From the NCBI GenBank assembly GCA_964016885.1, contig OZ024745.1:14322001-14386000 (forward strand): DNA of 64,000 bases, given 5' to 3'. Of this stretch, positions 58,245 through 64,000 are shown piece after piece. This stretch comes from Eledone cirrhosa (Eukaryota). Numbering within the stretch: position 1 is the first letter of the stretch; each line of letters opens with the position of its first letter. The notes under the pieces were generated by a model. It was not told the origin of the DNA. It did no database searches and saw only the letters and a program-made list of their open reading frames with translations. The position numbers were made by a program, and so were the translations under genes.

Positions 58245-61200
58245 TTTCATACTTTAAATAATGAAATTAAAACAGTCAATCATACAGAAGTGCTAAACCG
58301 AAGGCTCTATAATGAATTAGAAATAGATAATACAGTAAGTTGGAAGTTTCACCAATACACCGACATCTTCAAAAAGGTCGAGACACCTACTTAAAGCCGT
58401 TCGTAGCTATCAATATATTAACAGCTAAATTGAAGGAATACCATGACACTGATGATCAAATTCTCATAATATTCTAAAATGTTGCTCAAATAAATCTTAT
58501 TGGGAAGTTCCAATAAATTAAAATACACCTTTTCCTTTTCAAATTTTAACTTTATGATAATATTTCAGAATTTTAATTTTTATCTTATTATTTTGAATTG
58601 AGGTGTTTTTTAATGCTCCATTCCATAACTGTTATGTATTCCAATTGTTAGAGTAGTCTAAGAGTTGGTCTGGCGAGGATTTGGTCTGAGATGAGCTGTT
58701 TCAGCATTGAATTGACGGTGATTAATAAGGTCAACGCTGAATTGGTGGCAATGAATAAGGTCATCTCCTAATTGTCAGCTCTGAATAGACGGCAATGAGC
58801 CAGGTTTAAAATGTTGAAGAAACGCCGTATGTCAATACGATGCCACAACGACTCCATCAGGTGTTACCAGACCTTACTATGTATAATACTATATCTCCTT
58901 AGATGTTAATAATATTGGTAAAAGTAAGGACTTCTCTGATTTATAATGCCTTGACACAATCTTTAGCAGTACGGCAGCGAATCTAAGCATACACACAAAA
59001 TAAATCTTAATAAATCTTATAAGAAATTGAAAGAGAGTATGTGGTAAAATAAATATAGATGATGGATCCTTCATCGGTTTAGACGTTGAAGGATCAATCA
59101 CCAATTGTTTGATAAACTTAAAATCAAGCTCATAAATAAATCTGTAAGTGTAGCTTTAAATCGAATCAGTGTAATACAATATGTGACAAATCTGGACCTT
59201 TGAATTACAGGCGTATCCATTTGATGGGTCAATGCTAAGTTATGGCAACGATATTTACCCAAGATGTCATGCAGTAGGATCGAACTCAAGACCTTCTAAT
59301 TGCAAAGCGAATAAGTACATTGAATGCAGATATCTCCAATAAAGTCTCAATATCTTAGTCCTTGACTTTGATTAATTCAATTGAAGATGATAAGCTGTTT
59401 CAAATATATTCCCACACAGGTCCTAAAACACCAAGTATTCAAAACAAAAAAGAAATCCAAAAAATTACTACTTTCTACCTTCCTGGTCGTGATCTATCAC
59501 TTGCGGAAGTAATCTAGGCGTTGTCAACGATATAGCGATGTCATATAACCTTTTCATTCAGTATCACCATGAAATACACTGAAATAATTCGCAAGTATCG
59601 AAGTAACTTCCAATACATTATCAATCATTGTGGTATGTCATGTGATTCAGGAAGTAAAACTATACTCTTTCTACACAATATCCTCTTTTATACAAATCTC
59701 AAAATATGTAAGTGGTTATCTATAGATCTTATATTTACATCATGTACAGAAGGAAAAAATGCATATAAATATATCAGAAAGTTAAATATATTTCTCATAT
59801 GATAGGTTATTGGGATTTAAAACTATCGATCTGCTTTCTACCTATGAAAAAGTATAGGTCCCCGTAGAAAAGTGACAGTATAACGAAAAATGATTTTACT
59901 AAGAATGATAATATTTGTAATAATAAATGATATGGTGGAGGTTTATAAAGAGAATGTCTATGTGAAATACCTAGCCATATACTTAGAATAACAATGTGTG
60001 GAGTGGTAAGTTAGAAACTAAATAGAGTTGTATATACCGGTGGAAATGTGGATAAAGAGAGAAATATGAAAGACATATTAGAGGGATGAAGAGAAAGAAA
60101 GATAAAGAGAGAAAAAGAGGAGAGAAAGAGAAGGAGAGAAAAAGGGGAGAGAGAAAGAGAAGGAGAGAGAAAGAGATAGAGTGAAGTGATAAATGATGGA
60201 AAGAAGAGAAGAGATATTTTGTGGAAGCCATAGAATAAAGAAAGGAAAAGTAATAAGATTGATAGAAAATCTTATAACTTAACCCGACTTTTATTGATTT
60301 TCTGTTTGCGGCAAATGCTAGAGAAAACACAGACTACAACGTGCAAGGCAGTGTTATGGAGAATTGTACAAGTCTTTAAAGCTCGCATTTGTTAGTATCA
60401 ACATTGTAACTATGTATATTTGCTATTTTTAAGTTTTATTGACAGTTTTTATTTAATGTAAATATCTTACATTACATCCCAACTTTTCCAATATGTATAT
60501 CTGCTCGTCCTTTTCGACGTAATATACGACTTGCTTCTGTTTCCCCAATGTTGTTTCAACACATAACTTGGCGGAGTTTAATGTTACACTTGTACAGACG
60601 ATATGACTAGTTGTATTAGTTACGGTTTAATAAAATTATCAAACAGTGTTTTAAATTGATATTTGCATATCATTGCGTTGTTTTGGCCACTATCCAGTAA
60701 TTGACAATAGCTCATTTTGTATTATTCAACATCTAAATCATTTCTAGACATAAGGTGATAAAATATAAAGATATGTGTATTTACTTATAAAATATTGTTG
60801 TTTATCATGTTTTCTTTGCTTTTTAACACAAGTTTAGATATACTATAGTCGATTTAAAGTAACAAAAAAAGACCCCAAAGTTTCAACAAGAATAATATTG
60901 AACATAACTGTATGTGACATATGCGAGATAGTTGATTAATGAAGTTTCAATTTATTCAGGTTAAAATATAGAATTTCCTTTAAAGGCACTAACTGTTAAT
61001 TGATAATCCATAACGAAGCTGGAAATTTCTTTTCAATTATAATTTTAAATTTCATTAGTTTTCAACAAAATATTGTTAGGAATTTTAGGTGTTATGCGAG
61101 GCTAATACACGCAAAAACCATTCATTAATAGACATGAGCCATAGTTTGCTTTTGAGAAATTAAAAATTTGCATAACCAGTGATGTGATCGGGATTGGCAG

Positions 61201-61369
61201 CGTCCCCTTACTTTTCAGGGTGGGTGAGTGTCTTATAGCATCAAGCCTCCCTCTCTTCATCTCGGTTTCTCTGATTTTAGACTACCCTAAGTTCCTAAAG
61301 CTTATTCCCATCACAATGCACAACAACATCAATAACAATCATAAAATAAACAATAAAACATCAACAACC

Positions 61370-61525
61370 ACATCATCATCGCCTTCAATCAATCTGGCTG
61401 GATCCCCAAGCATGACCAGCCGAGCTCTTGGATGTTATTCAACTATTTAGCTCGGGTCTACCGCTGGGTCTCATGTCAGTTAGTTCTGCCCGTAAAGTGA
61501 GACATCCTAACCACATGCCATATCA
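61370..61525 (-). mobile_element. RTE-like LINE 3' fragment related to 45160-45416
   Basis: The minus strand reads gatatggcatgtggttaggatg...aacatccaagagctcggctggtc...gatgatgatg. Confidence 0.55.
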
Positions 61526-62561
61526 AAACATCTAAAATTTGACTTGGAAGTTCTGTTGATCTTAAATCATAACTTTCAATGCTGCAATGAAATTTATCGA
61601 GTTGGAATATTTCATTTATCATTCATTCACCATAAAGATTATATTTATCAGCATCTTTATTCTAACTATTTTGTTCCGAGTGGGAGTTTAAGCGAAAACT
61701 ACGCCACATTTCTATGATACATGTTTTTTAATTTTCTTCTAATAAATATTTCTCGATTTATCATTCGAAATCTCGCGATATTGTCAGGTAACGTGTGATT
61801 TTCCTGCTACTATTGTTCACTAAGCTGGAGAAAAATGAGTTACTACATCAATGATGCCAAACTTTTCCATTCGACAACATCGGTGTCGTGCAGAAAGGAA
61901 ACATGCATGCATTGGCGACTACTAGTCTCCCACAAAACAATGAGCTCAGGTTTGTGTTTAGGAGATGTGGGGGGAAAACCCACGAACAGTCATGATCGAA
62001 GGGGACAGTTTCGTTTTCATTTCCTACATAAACCGAACGCAAATGATAAACAATTACTGACTAGAAGTTAGAAATCGATCGATAGATCGAATCGATCGAC
62101 AAAATCCGAAACCTCATTCACTTATTGAGTGGGGTGGAACTCGTCAAATCGAACCATGGAAACAATGTTATTATCTGAAATTGAAAGGGGCATTATTAGA
62201 AACAAATTGGAGATTTCTAAAAAAATTGCCAAAATCCTCAAACAATTCAATTCAATGTAATTTAATGTTAATATAATGCTTTCTTTATTAACCACAATGT
62301 TAATATAATACAATGTGGAAGTACTCCATTTAGTGTTCTCATACAAACTCATATGATTGAGTAAAACGTCACAACAAACAATTAAATTTGGATCATAATT
62401 GATAATTGTTAGAATTCTAATTAATTTCAGAACCCAAGAAAAACAGGTGTGACAAACCAACATTGTAATTAGACAGAAATAAAAGACAAAAAAAAATATT
62501 TTCTTGATGAATTTGTTCAGAATATGAAAGGTGCAATGTGATCATTATTATTAAAGTTGGG

Positions 62562-62918
62562 TTATTGGTAGAGGGTCGGACGCCATGCTTTGACGTACAG
62601 AGCTACGGCCCTTGCCATTCTGAGTTCAAATCCCGCCAAGGTTAACTTTGCCTTTCGGGTCGATAAAATAAAGTACCAGTAATGCACTGGGTAATTGCTG
62701 GCCTTGTGCCAAATGTAGAAACAATTATTATTAAAGTTGGGTGTGGAAGGTGGTAGAGAGTTGAACAAAATATTTTGCGGCGTTTCTTCAAGCTCTTTAC
62801 TCTCTTGGTTCAAATCCTATCGGGATAAACTATACCTTTCATCCTTCCAGAGTCGATAAAATAAATAACTGTTCAAGTACTGGTGTCGATTTAATCGATT
62901 TTCCCCTCTCCCAAATTA
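62562..62918 (+). mobile_element. Two consecutive SINE family 1 copies
   Basis: The first copy (62562-62722) is flanked by duplicated attattattaaagttgggt; a second, more diverged copy follows. Confidence 0.85.
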
Positions 62919-63000
62919 TTGAAATTTCGGCCGAATCAATCGACAAGATCAAAACTCATTCACTTACCAAGTGGGACGGAACTCGCCAAATCGGACCAAG

Positions 63001-63186
<186 letters not shown>

Positions 63187-63674
63187 AAGGTAAATAGAAA
63201 TAACAACATAAACGGTACAGAATATGGAAGGGATATATTAGTTTAACGCTTGAAATAGCAGGAAGAAAGTATTAACGTTTCGGACGCCAGTCTTTCATCA
63301 GAATATACACATATATAAACATAATATAGATAAACATCAAATAGCTATTATTCTGATACTATATCACATCTTTCTCCGCCTATTTTATGCAGTCATGCAC
63401 ATTCTTTGTCTTACTTTCCAAATCATCTAAACAAGAAGTAGAATCCAGTAATGAACAAACTAGCTGACGAATCATAGTTTGGACTGATCCATAGCAACAG
63501 AAAAAGGATTCCTCATTAAATCCACATTTATTTTGGGCTTTCTAGTTAGGGAAAAATTAACGCGGAGTCAAGACATTTTCACTCGTTCCAAGTTGATAAC
63601 TTTCGACAGGTGCAACTTCAAGCACGGCATTTCTACGATATTGACTAGTCTTTCCTTTCATCATATTCAAATGA

Positions 63675-64000
63675 GTAGTGTTGGAATGGCAGAATCAGTA
63701 GAGCGTCGGAAAACATGCTTTGCAGAATATAGTCACGCCCCTTCACGTTCTGAGTTCAAATGGCACCGGTGTTAGCTTTGCCTTTTATCCTTAAGGAGTC
63801 GATAAAATAAAGTACCAGTAACGTACTGGTGTCGATTAATAGACTTTCCCCTCCCTCAAAATTGTTGGCCTTGTACCTAAATCAGAAACCATTATTCTAA
63901 ATAAGTAGGGTGGTGGATTGGCAGTATCGGTAGAGCGTCGGGCAACATGCTTTGCGACATATAGTTACGTCTCTTTATGGTCTGAGTTCACATCCCACCA
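63675..64000 (+). mobile_element. Two tandem SINE family 1 copies (about 63675-63895 and 63908 to the window end)
   Basis: A/B boxes and family body present. Confidence 0.88.

Overview
AT-rich eukaryotic intergenic or intronic DNA with no recognisable host gene. The SINE family and the microsatellite load suggest a cephalopod (octopus-like) genome, which is an inference. The window is almost entirely mobile elements and repeats. (1) Four Tx1/L1-clade non-LTR retrotransposons, all on the + strand and all disrupted, each ending AATAAAGAAA plus TCTA-type repeats and mostly sitting in (TCTA)n arrays. (2) A near-intact Naiad-type Penelope-like element (RT + GIY-YIG) with direct pseudo-LTRs, a second 5'-inverted Penelope-like copy, and a fold-back remnant, all abutting (TA)n tracts. 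(3) Three Helitrons, RTE and CR1/jockey-like LINE remnants, a mariner-type MITE, about 20 tRNA-derived SINE copies, a 34-bp minisatellite inside a 2242-bp tandem duplication, and a ~4-kb TA tract containing a 200-N gap. The main findings are atypical hammerhead ribozymes (CCGAUGA core, very long stem II, palindromic CAAUUG stem III) shared by two different Penelope-like families, a putative (TCTA)n-targeting Tx1 lineage with conserved UTR structures and apparently chimeric copies, and an apparent partitioning of microsatellite targets among the three retroelement classes.
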